The notes beneath the pieces were generated by a model. That model was not told the origin of the DNA, did no database searches, and saw only the letters and a list, made by a program, of their open reading frames with translations. The position numbers were made by a program, and so were the translations under genes. Shown one piece after another: positions 49,436 through 60,970 of a stretch of 64,000 nt of DNA (the first letter of the stretch is position 1; every line of letters starts with the position of its first letter). This DNA comes from Mobula hypostoma (lineage: Eukaryota), in contig NC_086097.1 of the NCBI RefSeq assembly GCF_963921235.1, positions 159,900,001-159,964,000 on the forward strand, given 5' to 3'.

Positions 49436-52400
49436 TCAGAATCAGAATCAGAATCAGAATCAGAATTAGGTTTAATATCACTGGCATATGTCATGAAATT
49501 TGCTGTTTTGCAGCAGCAGTATTTTGCAATATACAATGATAAAACCATACTTATTATTGTAAATTACAGTATGAAATATATATATGTATATATTATAAAT
49601 TTCAATTAAATAAGTATTACAAAAAGAGAAGAAAAGTTGTGTTCATGAGTTCAATGTCCATTCAGAAATCTTTTGGTAGAGGGGAAGAAGTTGTTCCTGA
49701 ATCACTGAGTGTGTGCATTCAGGCTCCTGTATCTCCTCCCTGATGGTAGCAATGGGAGGAAGACAAGTCCTGGGTGATGGGGGCCCTTAATGATGGATAC
49801 CGCTTTTTTAACGCAATGCTCCTTGAAGCTGTCTTGGAGGCGGGGAAGGCTGGTGTCCATGATGGAGCTGACTGAGATTATAACTTTCTGCAGCTTATTT
49901 CAATCCTGTGCAGTGTCCACCCCACCTCCTAGTTCCTGATGGTGAGGCAGCTAGTTAGAATGCTCTCCACAGTACACCTGCAGAAATTTGTGAGTGTCTT
50001 TGGTGACATACCAAATCTCCTCAAACTCCTGAAAGCTGCCCTGCCTTCTTTGTAACTTCATCAATACATTGGGCCCAGGATAGATCTTCAGAGATGTTGA
50101 CGCTGAGGAACTTGAAATTGCTCACCCTTTCCGCTTCTGACCCCTCAAAGAGGACTGATGTGTGTGCCCTTGTCTTTCCCTTTCTAAAGTCCATAATCAA
50201 ATCTTTGGTCTTACTGATGCTGAGTGCAAGGTTGTTGCTGCACACCACTCAAATAGCTGATCAGTCTTACTCCTGTACTCCTCCTTGTCACCATCTGAAA
50301 TTCTGCTGTTACGTACCCCGTAACTGGGTTGCCAAACCAGCAGAAATGGATCACTCAGTTGGAGTCTGGAGTACTAGAACTAAGAAAGTTTTATTAAAGA
50401 AACAAGCAACACAGTAATCGAAAGGATAATAAATGCAACAATTCAACAATGATAACCACACATGTGCACAGAATTAAGATAACAGCATCAATCAAGCTCT
50501 ATCGTTGTCTAGGGGTAAATGACCAATTTCAAAATGACTCAAAGTTCAGTCCAGTTTGTAGTTCAGTTCGCAGTAATCGTTGCCATGGCGATGGACAAGG
50601 TGGGGGAAGAGAGACAGAATAGGAACAACTGATCATTCAGAACACTGCTTCACTCACAGACCAGCGGGATGGCTCACAAACAGCTTTTGGGCAGGTCCTT
50701 GGTGATGTCACCTGAGGTCACCGACTGTGACCCCTCCTCCAGATGCGGTCGATCCTCTGCAGTGAACCCGGCACCCAGGCAAGGGCGGACACACACCGGG
50801 TTCCCGCTGATCGTACCTTTCCACCCTTGTCGTTGTCTGGGACTTCTCACCCACTCGTGAGAAGCGCACCGCTTCCAGGGTCTCGTTACCTCGGGTGGCG
50901 TGTGTGTCTGTCTTAGCGAACCTGTCCCTTTTTATCCCCCTGCTGGGGTATCGCCTGTCCATCACTTCAAACAGTTCAGGCTTCAAAGGGGGGAGCCGCT
51001 CCAGACAGCTCTTCCTCCCACATCCCTTCATTACACATCTCCAGACGCTGCTCCATTGTTCCTTATCTCTCCTTCCCCTGAGGGCAGGTGGCAGACCAAC
51101 TGCTGATGCCACTGATGCTAGCCCAGGCCAGCAAACATCTTAATTTTATGTGTATTCTCGTAACACTGCGAACAATAGTTATGTCATCAGTAAATTTATA
51201 GATGGTATTTGACTGTGCCTAGCCACACGGTCTTAGGTGTAGAGGGAGTAGAGCAGTGAGCTGAGCACTCATCCTTGACGTGCACCAGTGCTGAATCTCA
51301 GCGAGGTGGAGGTACTATTTCCTATCCACGTGGACTGTGGTCTTCTGATGAGAAAGTCCAGGACCTAGTTGCAGAGGGAGGTGCAGAGGCTCAGGTTTTG
51401 GAATTTTTTGATCAGAACTGTAGGAATGATTGTGTTAAACTCTGAGCTGTAGTCAATAAACAGCAGCCTGATGCATGTATTTGTATTGCCCAGGTGATCC
51501 AAGGCAGCATGAAGAGCTAATGAGATCACATCTGCTGGAGACCTAGTGTGGCAATAGGCAAATTGCAGGAAGGCTACATCCTTGCTTAGTCAGGAATTGA
51601 TCTAGCCATAATCAACCTCTCAAAGCACATTATCACCACAGATGTGGGTGCTACTGGATGTCAGTCATTAAGGCAACTCACTCTTCTCTTCTTGGGAACT
51701 GGAATAATTGTTGCCCTTTTGAAGCAGGTGGGAACTTCTGAGTATAGCAATGAGAGATTGAAAATGTTTTTGAACACATCGTCAGTTGGTTTGCGTAGGT
51801 TTTCAGAGCCCCACCAGGTACACTGTTGCCTTGTCAGGCTTCAACATTTTGAAGGAAGGTTTGATGTCAGCCTTAGAGATGGAGATCACAGGGTGACGGG
51901 ATGCTGCAGGCATCCTCATAGCTGTAGATCTATTCTCCCTTTCAAAGTGAGCATAAAAGGCATTGAGCTTATCTGGGAGTGAAACGCCACTGTCATTCAT
52001 GATGTTAGGTTTCACTTGCAGGAAGCAATGGCCTGCAAACCCTGCCAGAGTTGACATACATTCAATTCCTCCTCTAACCTCAATAGGAGTTGTTCTTTTG
52101 CTATTAAGTTAGTACCCTGTGAGTCATAACTGGCCTGCTTGTATAGTCCTGGATCACCAGCCTTGATCTAGCCCTCAGCAGACAACGAATCTCCTGGTTC
52201 ATCCATGGGCTTTTGATTCCGGTGTATACGGTATGTTCTCAGAGGCACACACTCATCCATACAGGTTATAATGAAATCGGTGACAACTGTGGCATACTCA
52301 TTCAGACTTGAAAATGAATACTGTCCAGCCCAGTGACTCAAAGCAGACCTGTAAGCACTCCTGTGTCTCCCTTGTCCATATTTCCTTCATCCTCACTACT

Positions 52401-52592
52401 GGTGCTGCTATCTTCAGACCTCGCTGTATTGAGTGAGTAGAACTATGGCCTGATGATCAAACTTTCCAAAGTGTGTGCATGAGATGGCACAGTAAGTGCT
52501 CTCGATGGTATTATAACAATGGTCCAGTGCATTGGCTCCTCTGGTTCCACAAGTGATATGTTGGTGATAATTATTTAGAGACTTTTTTAAGC
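49436..52592 (-). mobile_element. Rex1/Babar-like LINE (APE remnant to 3' tail), split by a solo LTR
   Basis: (GAATCA)n tail; NNLALSISKTKDLIMDFRK; LPDKLNAFYAHFE; endonuclease C-terminal remnant HQHITCGTRGANALDHCY near 52515-52570. Confidence 0.88.
50307..51165 (-). mobile_element. Solo LTR of the Gmr1-like family
   Basis: 859 bp, TGTTACG...CGTAACA termini, 4-bp TSD CTGC, highly similar to the LTRs at 54320 and 58398. Confidence 0.95.
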
Positions 52593-52855
52593 TGTGGTAA
52601 TTGATTTATTAATCCTATTACCAAAATAGATGTGATGAGTGCAATTATTCTTTCTGTAGGAATCAGAATTTAATGAACTAATTTATCTAATATCTATGAT
52701 CCTGATTGTGGAAACAGCTGTAAAGTTGTGAAACACTGGAGAATATTAACAGTCTTCAGTCTATTTGAGGCTGATCTCTTGGGTCTAGAAAATAAGTGAG
52801 TGAAATTGAATGAAATGATTATTATTTGGCTAATGTAACATTGCAACAAACACTA

Positions 52856-52858
<3 letters not shown>

Positions 52859-52886
<28 letters not shown>

Positions 52887-52989
52887 TTCTGTCTGTGAGT
52901 CTGTGTCTGTGTGTGTATGTGTGTCCATCTGTGTGTGTGTGTGTGTGTGTGTGTGTTTCTGTCTGTGAGTCTGTGTCTCTGTGTGTCTA

Positions 52990-53026
<37 letters not shown>
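52859..53026. repeat. Compound (TG)n microsatellite
   Basis: TG runs interrupted by a repeated ttctgtctgtgagtctgtgtct unit. Confidence 0.97.
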
Positions 53027-53028
<2 letters not shown>

Positions 53029-53329
53029 ACATGAAGATTCTTATCCTTTGCATCATATTTGTGCTTGCGGGTGAGGTGCATATTTAATCTTCCCTATCTG
53101 ATGTGCAGCAGGTTACATTATGATGTAATCTTATAGATTTTAGATTTAGACCACAACTTCCCACCACACTAAATTTTTCATGTTTTATCCAGCAACTGTG
53201 TTTATACAATTCCCTGTTTTTATACAATTCTCAAGGTGTGAGGGGTCATCCAGTCCTATGACCAGGATGAGAGGAAATATTATGCAAGCAGAATCATGAT
53301 CAAACATACAAAATTAAGCAAGGGAATAG

Positions 53330-53760
53330 ACATTTGCCTAGATGAGATTATACCGAAGAATGTACAGAGGAGATTAACAGGGATACTGCCAGGATTAAGG
53401 CTTCTTAGCATTAAGCATTAATTGAATAAACTTGGATTGTTTTCTTTGGAATGGAGTAGGCTGACAGGAGGTGTGTAAAGTTAGGAAGATCTTAAACAGA
53501 GTGATAAGAAATAAACTTTCATTTTTTCCAGTTGGAGAGTAAAAATCCACTGCAATTGATTTAAAGTAACAGGTGGAAAGATTAGAAGTGAGATGGCAAA
53601 GTAATTTATATTTCCTGAGGCAGATAGAGGTCTGGAAGCATTGCCTAAGATGATAGTGGAGGTAGAATTCCTCCTCACAGTGTTAAGATGTGCAACTGAT
53701 TCGTTGTGATCTGTATGTAATAGATTGGGTAGCTCTCTTTTTGACTGGCATGGATCTGCA
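53330..53760 (+). mobile_element. Very old CR1 3' fragment
   Basis: gtacagaggagattaacagggatactgccagg and cttggattgttttctttggaa remnants. Confidence 0.6.
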
Positions 53761-54319
53761 AGGCTTTTTTATTCGGAATATTTTTTCTTCTATAATTGTA
53801 TTTTGCTCACATACTTGGCTGCAATTAGAAAGATTCCACAGACATCTGACGGACCTTGGAACTGTATAGGTACAATTCAACACTGGTGAACTGTTCTGTA
53901 AATCCTCTGCTTCTTGCACCCCTTCCTCTCACTGTTCAACAGTGAAACTGTTTAGTGGGTAGTGTAGTTGTAGAGTGACTATATTACTAGACAATAATCC
54001 AGAAAATGCTTCTAATAATCTTGTTTAAAAGTCACCATGGCAACAGAGATTTTAAGATGAATTAATTAAACAAATATGCAATTAAATTGTTCATCATTAA
54101 TTGTAACCCAGAAATCACAAGATTGTCATCATATTGCATTTGCTGCAACAGCATCCTTTGGGAAAGGAAATTTGACTCCTGATTTTTTGGGGTTATGATT
54201 CTAAAGCAGGTGATAGATTAAATTCCTTTTCATATTAACCCTAAGTGTCCAGCCTCTTATTTAGAAACCGTGACAACTGCTGTAAGACATCTCAAGAGAA
54301 ACATCAATCCTGCATCTTA

Positions 54320-55198
54320 TGTTACGTACCCCGTAACTGGGTTGCCAAACCAGCAGAAATGGATCACTCAGTTGGAGTCTGGAGTACTAGAACTAAGAAA
54401 GTTTTATTACAGAAACAAGCAACACAGTAATCGAAAGGATAATAAATGCAACAGTTCAGTGATGATAAACACACATGTGCACAGAATTAAGATAACAGCA
54501 TCAATCAAGCTCTATCGTTGTCTAGGGGTAAATGACCAATTTCAAAATGACTCAAAGTTCAGTCCAGTTTAGTAGTTCAGTTCGCAGTAATCGTTGCCAT
54601 GGCGGTGGACAACGTGGGGGAAGAGAGAGATAGAATAGGAACAACTCATCATTCAGAACGGCTTCACTCACAGACCAGCAAGATGGCTCACAGACCAGCG
54701 AGATGGTTCACAAACAGCTTTTGGGCGGGTCCTTGGTGATGTCACCTGAGGTCACCGACTGTGACCCCTCCTCCAGATGCGGTCGACCCTCTGCAGTGAA
54801 CCCGGCACCCAGGCAAGGGCGGACACACACCGGGTTCCCGCTGATCGTACCTTTCCACCCTGTGCGTTGTCCGGTACTTCTCACCACTCGTGAGAGGCGC
54901 ACCGCTTCCAGGGTCTCGTTACCTCGGGTGGCGTGTGTGTCTGTCTTAGCGAACCTGTCCCTTTTTATCCCCCTGCTGGGGTATCGCCTGTCCATCACTT
55001 CAAACAGTTCAGGGTTCAAAGGGGGGAGCCGCTCCAGACAGCTCTCCCTCCCACATCCCTTCATTACACATCTCCAGACGCTGCTCCATTGTTCCTTATC
55101 TCTCCTTCCCCTGAGGGCAGGTGGCAGACCAACTGCTGATGCCACTGATGCTAGCCCAGGCCAGCAAACATCTAAATTTTATGTGTATTCTCGTAACA
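54320..55198 (-). repeat. 3' LTR of the Gmr1-like element
   Basis: Direct repeat of 58398-59276; about 4 differences seen by eye. Confidence 0.96.
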
Positions 55199-55210
55199 CT
55201 TCCCCCCTTT
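55199..55210 (-). promoter_or_regulatory. Polypurine tract
   Basis: Minus strand aaaggggggaag abuts the 3' LTR. Confidence 0.85.
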
Positions 55211-55370
55211 AAGGATTTTTACCGGGAGGTAAAAATTACAAACATGACTACATTATCTGATACATACACAATATACATCTTTAACAGTTATTTAGCTAAT
55301 ACAGAGAATTTGAAGCTGTCAACACCTTGACAGACAGTCATCACATTTTCTGTTCCTTTTACACGTGTTA

Positions 55371-58298
55371 TTAATAATCCCTTAGACCAGGCTCCAACTC
55401 AGCAAACTTCATAGTGGCCAAAAACACTGATGAATTGCGACCAATGTAACCTCTCATTTGGTTTTGTCCCGGACCACAACAACAAGGGTCGTCCCATTCC
55501 GACTCAATTTTCTCTCGCAAGGGCTTAGTAGGAGGGGGACGGGTATTGACCGCAGAGTTATTGCAAAACTTCCTGCAGTACCCCACCATCTCCAAAAGCC
55601 TTCTGAGGGCCCTCTTGTCTGTCGGGGTTGGGAGGTCAGCGATAGCCTGCACTGTCGCTTGCATCGCTGCCAGCTGCCCCTGTGCCACCACAATTCCCAG
55701 GTAAGTGTCCTTCGTGTGGCCGAATTCATTTTTTTCAAGGTTCACTATCAAGCTGGCTTCAGACAGCCGTATGAAATTGCCAATACACACCTCTGTGTTC
55801 ATCAGCCCTTTAGTCACTGAATTACTCAAAAAATATGGGTGTTGTTTACTTGGCTGCCCTATTGTAACAGACATAACCCAACGTCCCAGTTCTTTGCATT
55901 TCCTCGGGACAATCAAACACATGGGTGCGAGTCGTTTAATTACTCCTTCGGGGATTAAGGGAGAGACCGTATCAGTAGACCTGGCCAAAACAATAGCCTT
56001 CTCCCATCTGACCGATCCCATCCTAATCTTTTCAAAATGGTTTTTTCCTCTTATCAAGGGGCCCCTAGCATCATTGATTTCCACGCTAACACCGACTAGG
56101 TTTGTTAGCATATCAAAAGCCGGTGACCGTCTCAGTTCGCGTCGGTCATGATCAATAACATTCTTCCGCCTGGGCAGCCGGTAAATCTCTTTCATGATTC
56201 CACCAACTGTTTCCTCCAGCACCGCAAAATGTCCACCGGGGGGTACCTCGTGGGCCATGTTAAAAACCTCATCCCCATAACTCTTTTGCACCACCCCCCA
56301 CTCCTCATCTGCGGATGCTGTACTTGATTTCCCTTTCTTCCTTAGCACTTCCTCATCCGCACAATAGCTTGTCAAGGCTGTGTCAGAGAGAGCGGTCTCG
56401 GCAAAAACCATCAGCCCCTCGTCTCGCTCCTGCGTCTGCACAAATTCTTTCCTGGCTACTGCTACGTCCGTCCCAGCTCCCTCACTACCTCTTATCTCAC
56501 TACACCCTGTCTCATACAAGGTTGGCAGAAATGTTTCAGCCAAATTCACCATCGCGGGCGGGGCCTCCATGCTGGCAGGCTGACCCGTCAATCTCACGAC
56601 TGGGAACACGATTCCTCCGGCGATGTCATTACCGAGCAAGACTTCCACGTCTTTCATCGGTAATTCGGACCTCACCCCGATCGTGACTAGTCCAGAGACC
56701 AGGTTGCTCTGTAAATGTATCTGGTGCAAAGGGACTGACTCTGTCCCTTCCCCAACACCTTTGACCTCTACCTCCCCAGTCTGGGTCTCTGAGCTAAACT
56801 CTAATACACTCTTCAGTATTAGTGACTGACACGCTCCCGTGTCTCTCCAGATCCGCACTGGAACTGGTTTTAACCTCTCCTTCACTGACACCAGTCCGGC
56901 CGAGATAAACCTCTCGCGCCCTTCCTGGACTTTTTCAGACCTGTCCTTCCCTAGCGGTTCGCTTAACAGCTCAATACAGCCATTCAAAATTTCCGCTTTT
57001 CCTTTCCCCGTCTCCTTCCTTGGGGCAAAGCACCTGGACGCAAAGTGTCCGACTTTCCCACAATTATAACTGACGACTCCAGGAGACTTCCTACCAGACT
57101 GCTCCCGGTCTACCTTATCCTTTTCACTAGTCCCCGGCTTACTTTCTGACTTTTCCGGTGGACTCCCCCCGCCGTCCTGACTACCCTTCTGGTAGCCTTT
57201 ACTCGGGGCAACCTTCATTTTATGCGTCAACGCATACTCATCCGCTAACTTAGCAGTTGCGGCTAACGTGGCTGCCTCTTTCTCATCGAGGTAGGGTCTC
57301 ATACCCTCAGGGACACAACCTTTAAACTGCTCAATCAGAATCAGCTGCAGCAGTCTGTCATAATCCCCCTCTACCCCTTTCGAGGCGCACCAACGCTCAC
57401 AATATGTTTGCATCTCGCGAGCAAACTCCAAATACGTGCGGTCCCACCGCTTCCTCGCATTCCGGAACCTCTGCCGGTATGCCTCCGGGACCAACTCATA
57501 AATCCTGAGGATGGCCTCCTTCACCACCTCATACTTCTGGGCATCTTCCGCGGATAAAGCGGAGTAAGCTTGTTGGGCCTTCCCTTTCAGTACACTCTGA
57601 AGTAAAACAACCCACTTATCCCTCGGCCAGTCCTGACTTATAGCTACTTTTTCGAAGTGGAGAAAGTACCGATCCACATCGGTATCGTCAAATGGGGGAA
57701 CCAGCCTAACCTCCTGGGTCGCCCGGAACCCTCCACCTTGGTTCGGCACGAGCCCCTGCTCGGCCCTTATCTTTAACTTCTCCAGCTCAAATTCCCTTTC
57801 CCTCTGTTTCTCCTCTCTCTCCAACTGCCTGTCCCTCTCTCTCTCTTCTCTCTCCAACTGTCTTTCTCTCTCTTGCCTTTCTACCTCTTTCTCTCTCTCC
57901 CGCCTTTCTAACTCTTTCTCTCTCTCCTGCCTTTCTAACTCTCTCTCTTTCTCCTGCCTTTCTAACTCTCTCTCTTTCTCCTGCCTTTCTAACTCTCTCT
58001 CTTTCTCCTGCCTTTCTAACTGCCGTACCCGGAACTCGTGCTCGAGTCTCAGTTTTTCAAGCTGTACCTGTACCGCGTCTCCAGCAGGTTTTTCAATAGA
58101 CACCTCCCCCAGCTCACCTTGGGGAAACACACCTTTAGATACATAGTGCTCTACAATAGCTCTGTGTATCTCCTCTCTCCTCATTGTCGACTTCACCTTA
58201 GCAAGATTCACCCGTTTTGCCACAGCTATCAATTCCGATTTCCTGGCATCCTCTAATGCCTCCAAGGTCGGCGCCTTTATAAATTCCTCAACCTCCAT
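55371..58298 (-). CDS. 975-aa Gag (coiled coil, capsid/SCAN-like, zinc knuckle)-aspartic protease polyprotein with degenerate IN and RT remnants
   Basis: VPPFDDTDVDRYFLHFEK..WPRDKW; PEAYRQRFR...LILIEQF...LADEY (SCAN-like); SYNCGKVGHFASRC; RDTGACQSLI...LLGNDI; AHEVPPGGH; LIVNLEK...YLGIVV...PTPTDKRALRRLLEMVGYCRKF. Confidence 0.9.
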   Translation of the reverse strand: MEVEEFIKAPTLEALEDARKSELIAVAKRVNLAKVKSTMRREEIHRAIVEHYVSKGVFPQGELGEVSIEKPAGDAVQVQLEKLRLEHEFRVRQLERQEKERELERQEKERELERQEKERELERQEREKELERREREKEVERQERERQLEREERERDRQLEREEKQREREFELEKLKIRAEQGLVPNQGGGFRATQEVRLVPPFDDTDVDRYFLHFEKVAISQDWPRDKWVVLLQSVLKGKAQQAYSALSAEDAQKYEVVKEAILRIYELVPEAYRQRFRNARKRWDRTYLEFAREMQTYCERWCASKGVEGDYDRLLQLILIEQFKGCVPEGMRPYLDEKEAATLAATAKLADEYALTHKMKVAPSKGYQKGSQDGGGSPPEKSESKPGTSEKDKVDREQSGRKSPGVVSYNCGKVGHFASRCFAPRKETGKGKAEILNGCIELLSEPLGKDRSEKVQEGRERFISAGLVSVKERLKPVPVRIWRDTGACQSLILKSVLEFSSETQTGEVEVKGVGEGTESVPLHQIHLQSNLVSGLVTIGVRSELPMKDVEVLLGNDIAGGIVFPVVRLTGQPASMEAPPAMVNLAETFLPTLYETGCSEIRGSEGAGTDVAVARKEFVQTQERDEGLMVFAETALSDTALTSYCADEEVLRKKGKSSTASADEEWGVVQKSYGDEVFNMAHEVPPGGHFAVLEETVGGIMKEIYRLPRRKNVIDHDRRELRRSPAFDMLTNLVGVSVEINDARGPLIRGKNHFEKIRMGSVRWEKAIVLARSTDTVSPLIPEGVIKRLAPMCLIVPRKCKELGRWVMSVTIGQPSKQHPYFLSNSVTKGLMNTEVCIGNFIRLSEASLIVNLEKNEFGHTKDTYLGIVVAQGQLAAMQATVQAIADLPTPTDKRALRRLLEMVGYCRKFCNNSAVNTRPPPTKPLREKIESEWDDPCCCGPGQNQMRGYIGRNSSVFLATMKFAELEPGLRDY
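57800..58021 (-). repeat. 27-bp coding tandem repeat (LERQEKERE)n in gag
   Basis: Repeated ctttctaactctctctctttctcctgc units that decay in one direction. Confidence 0.9.
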
Positions 58299-58372
58299 TT
58301 CTGCTGTTTGTCTTTTCTTTCTTTCGGGAATTTTAACCCAATCAATTTACTCCGTCCCAAATTTAGCGTTCA

Positions 58373-58393
58373 AAATCGCGGACGAGAACCCCA
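58373..58393 (-). promoter_or_regulatory. Primer-binding site, tRNA-Pro-like
   Basis: TGGGGTTCTCGTCCGCGATTT versus the tRNA-Pro complement TGGGGGCTCGTCCGGGATTT, 4 nt inside the 5' LTR. Confidence 0.75.
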
Positions 58394-58397
58394 CTTA

Positions 58398-59276
58398 TGT
58401 TACGTACCCCGTAACTGGGTTGCCAAACCAGCAGAAATGGATCACTCAGTTGGAGTCTGGAGTACTAGAACTAAGAAAGTTTTATTACAGAAACAAGCAA
58501 CACAGTAATCGAAAGGATAATAAATGCAACAGTTCAGTGATGATAAACACACATGTGCACAGAATTAAGATAACAGCATCAATCAAGCTCTATCGTTGTC
58601 TAGGGGTAAGTGACCAATTTCAAAATGACTCAAAGTTCAGTCCAGTTTAGTAGTTCAGTTCGCAGTAATCGTTGCCATGGCGGTGGACAACGTGGGGGAA
58701 GAGAGAGATAGAATAGGAACAACTCATCATTCAGAACGGCTTCACTCACAGACCAGCAAGATGGCTCACAGACCAGCGAGATGGTTCACAAACAGCTTTT
58801 GGGCGGGTCCTTGGTGATGTCACCTGAGGTCACCGACTGTGACCCCTCCTCCAGATGCGGTCGATCCTCTGCAGTGAACCCGGCACCCAGGCAAGGGCGG
58901 ACACACACCGGGTTCCCGCTGATCGTACCTTTCCACCCTGTGCGTTGTCCGGTACTTCTCACCACTCGTGAGAGGCGCACCGCTTCCAGGGTCTCGTTAC
59001 CTCGGGTGGCGTGTGTGTCTGTCTTAGCGAACCTGTCCCTTTTTAACGCCCTGCTGGGGTATCGCCTGTCCATCACTTCAAACAGTTCAGGGTTCAAAGG
59101 GGGGAGCCGCTCCAGACAGCTCTCCCTCCCACATCCCTTCATTACACATCTCCAGACGCTGCTCCATTGTTCCTTATCTCTCCTTCCCCTGAGGGCAGGT
59201 GGCAGACCAACTGCTGATGCCACTGATGCTAGCCCAGGCCAGCAAACATCTAAATTTTATGTGTATTCTCGTAACA
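58398..59276 (-). repeat. 5' LTR of the Gmr1-like element
   Basis: Direct repeat of 54320-55198. Confidence 0.96.
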
Positions 59277-59810
59277 CTATCCTCGAGCTTCCTAAGAATC
59301 TTGTACATTATATACATATTAATTACATCTTCTCATTCTTGTACAGTTGAGAGAGTATAGATCCAGTCTATTTAATGTCTCCATTTACAATAGACCTGTC
59401 ATCCCTGGAATCAGTTAGCTGAAACTTTACTACATATCTTAGTTGCAAAGATGTCCTTCCTCAGACAGGGAGACCTGACCTGTACATGACATTCTAGACG
59501 TGGTCCCATTGATGCCATACATAGTTGGAATCTTACACCTATATTCTCACATCTAATTCCTCTTTCAGGAAAGGCTGACATACAGTGTATTTTCCTAATT
59601 GCTTGCTGGACATATCTATTATCTTTCAGTGATCCATGTGCAGAGGCCCAGCTCCCTCTCAATATCGACACACTTCAATCACTTGTCATTTAAAAAAGTA
59701 TCCCTGAATCAAGAAGTAGGTATCTTTGATCATTCTATCAGTCATACCTTTATCTGATCACTTAACCTGTCTACATACCCCTGAAGCCACCCTGTATCCT
59801 CATCACAACT
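59277..59810 (-). mobile_element. Old CR1 remnant hosting the Gmr1-like insertion
   Basis: The minus strand encodes decayed PRLECHVQVRSPCLRKDI; it continues the flank near 54295-54319. Confidence 0.65.
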
Positions 59811-60339
59811 GACAGGAGGAAAAGCAGAGATCAATATTGAAGATTACTTTTTTAATAGTGTAAATTGTTTACTGCATTACTCTTGTTAAAACTGGCAGAT
59901 TGGAAGTACACTCAGGTTATAGCCTAACTCCAGAAGACATAACCATCACACAAGAGCCTTCCTCACATTGACTGACCTTGACATCAGATGGAATAGAACT
60001 CCAATATGCTTTCAAAAGCAAAGCCCTGAACACCCCAGGAAGTTGAAAACTGGAATGCTTTTTTTTTGTTACATACTCAATTTGTTGAAGTTCATATTGA
60101 TGCTCTTAAACTTTAAGAACAGATCAATTATAGGCAAAGTTTTGATTAGACAAATCTGTCTTTGATAACCAAAGTATGGCTGTGTTTATGGGTCAGCCCA
60201 TTTAACGGTCCAAGGCTAGATGTTTCTTCTGCTACTGATGAGGTGATGGGAGTAGGGGATGAACTACAGATTAAGGGACTGACATTAATACAAAATAGAT
60301 GTTTAAAAGTGAGTACATTGAGCTAAATAATCTTAGTCT

Positions 60340-60970
60340 TTGGCTTATTATTGTCACATAAGTCAAGATACAGCGAAAAGCTTTAATCTGCATGCACTCT
60401 AGGCAGATAATTTAGAACATCTAGGTACTATAAGAGGAAAACAAAGCAGAATGCAGAAGGTAGTGTTACAATTACAGAGAAAACACAGTGCAGATTGATA
60501 AATAAAGTACAAGGACAATGATAAGGTAGATTGAGAATAAAGTGTGTACCTTTACTCTTAAAAGGTCCATTCAAGTGTTTTATAATAATACAGTAGCTGC
60601 TGAGCCCAGTCATACATGTTCTTCTGCTCGATAGAAGGGGGTAAGAAGAGAGCATTACACTGATGGGAGGGGTCTTTGATTTTGCTAGCTGCTTTCCTAA
60701 GGCAGTGAGAAGTGCAGACAGAGTTAATAGAAAGGAGGCTGTTTTTCATGATAGATTTGTTACAGTTATGGGTGGAGAAGTTGCCACACTAAGTGCGATG
60801 CATCAAGAAAAGATATTTTCTATGGTGCAGCTGTAAAAATCGGTGATGGTTATTGAAGACATGATGGATCTGCTTCGCTATCAGAGGAAGTAGGGGGACT
60901 TGCTCATAGTGTTTGGACCAGGATAAATTGTTGGTGATGTTTACACCTAGGAGCTCAAAACCTTTCTACT
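60340..60970 (-). mobile_element. Old Rex1-like 3' fragment
   Basis: CLRKAASKIKDPSH remnant on the minus strand; ttattgtcacata tail. Confidence 0.65.

Larger units (their letters stand above)
54320..59276 (-). mobile_element. Young Gmr1-like Gypsy LTR retrotransposon, non-autonomous
   Basis: Two 879-bp near-identical LTRs, tRNA-Pro-like PBS, PPT, and a single ORF with gag/SCAN-PR-(IN remnant)-(RT remnant) order. Confidence 0.93.

Noticed and set aside
52826..53081. CV-rich and HT-rich ORFs (also at 20024-20230)
   Set aside because: Translations of (TG)n microsatellites.
54703..55212. Recurrent 130-190-aa ORFs in the Gmr1-like LTRs
   Set aside because: No recognisable domain, ends depend on flanking DNA, and the plus-strand frame is broken in the solo LTR.
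55371..58298. Domesticated host SCAN or gag-derived gene
   Set aside because: It is bounded by near-identical LTRs with PBS and PPT and has no C2H2 array, so it is a recent proviral ORF.
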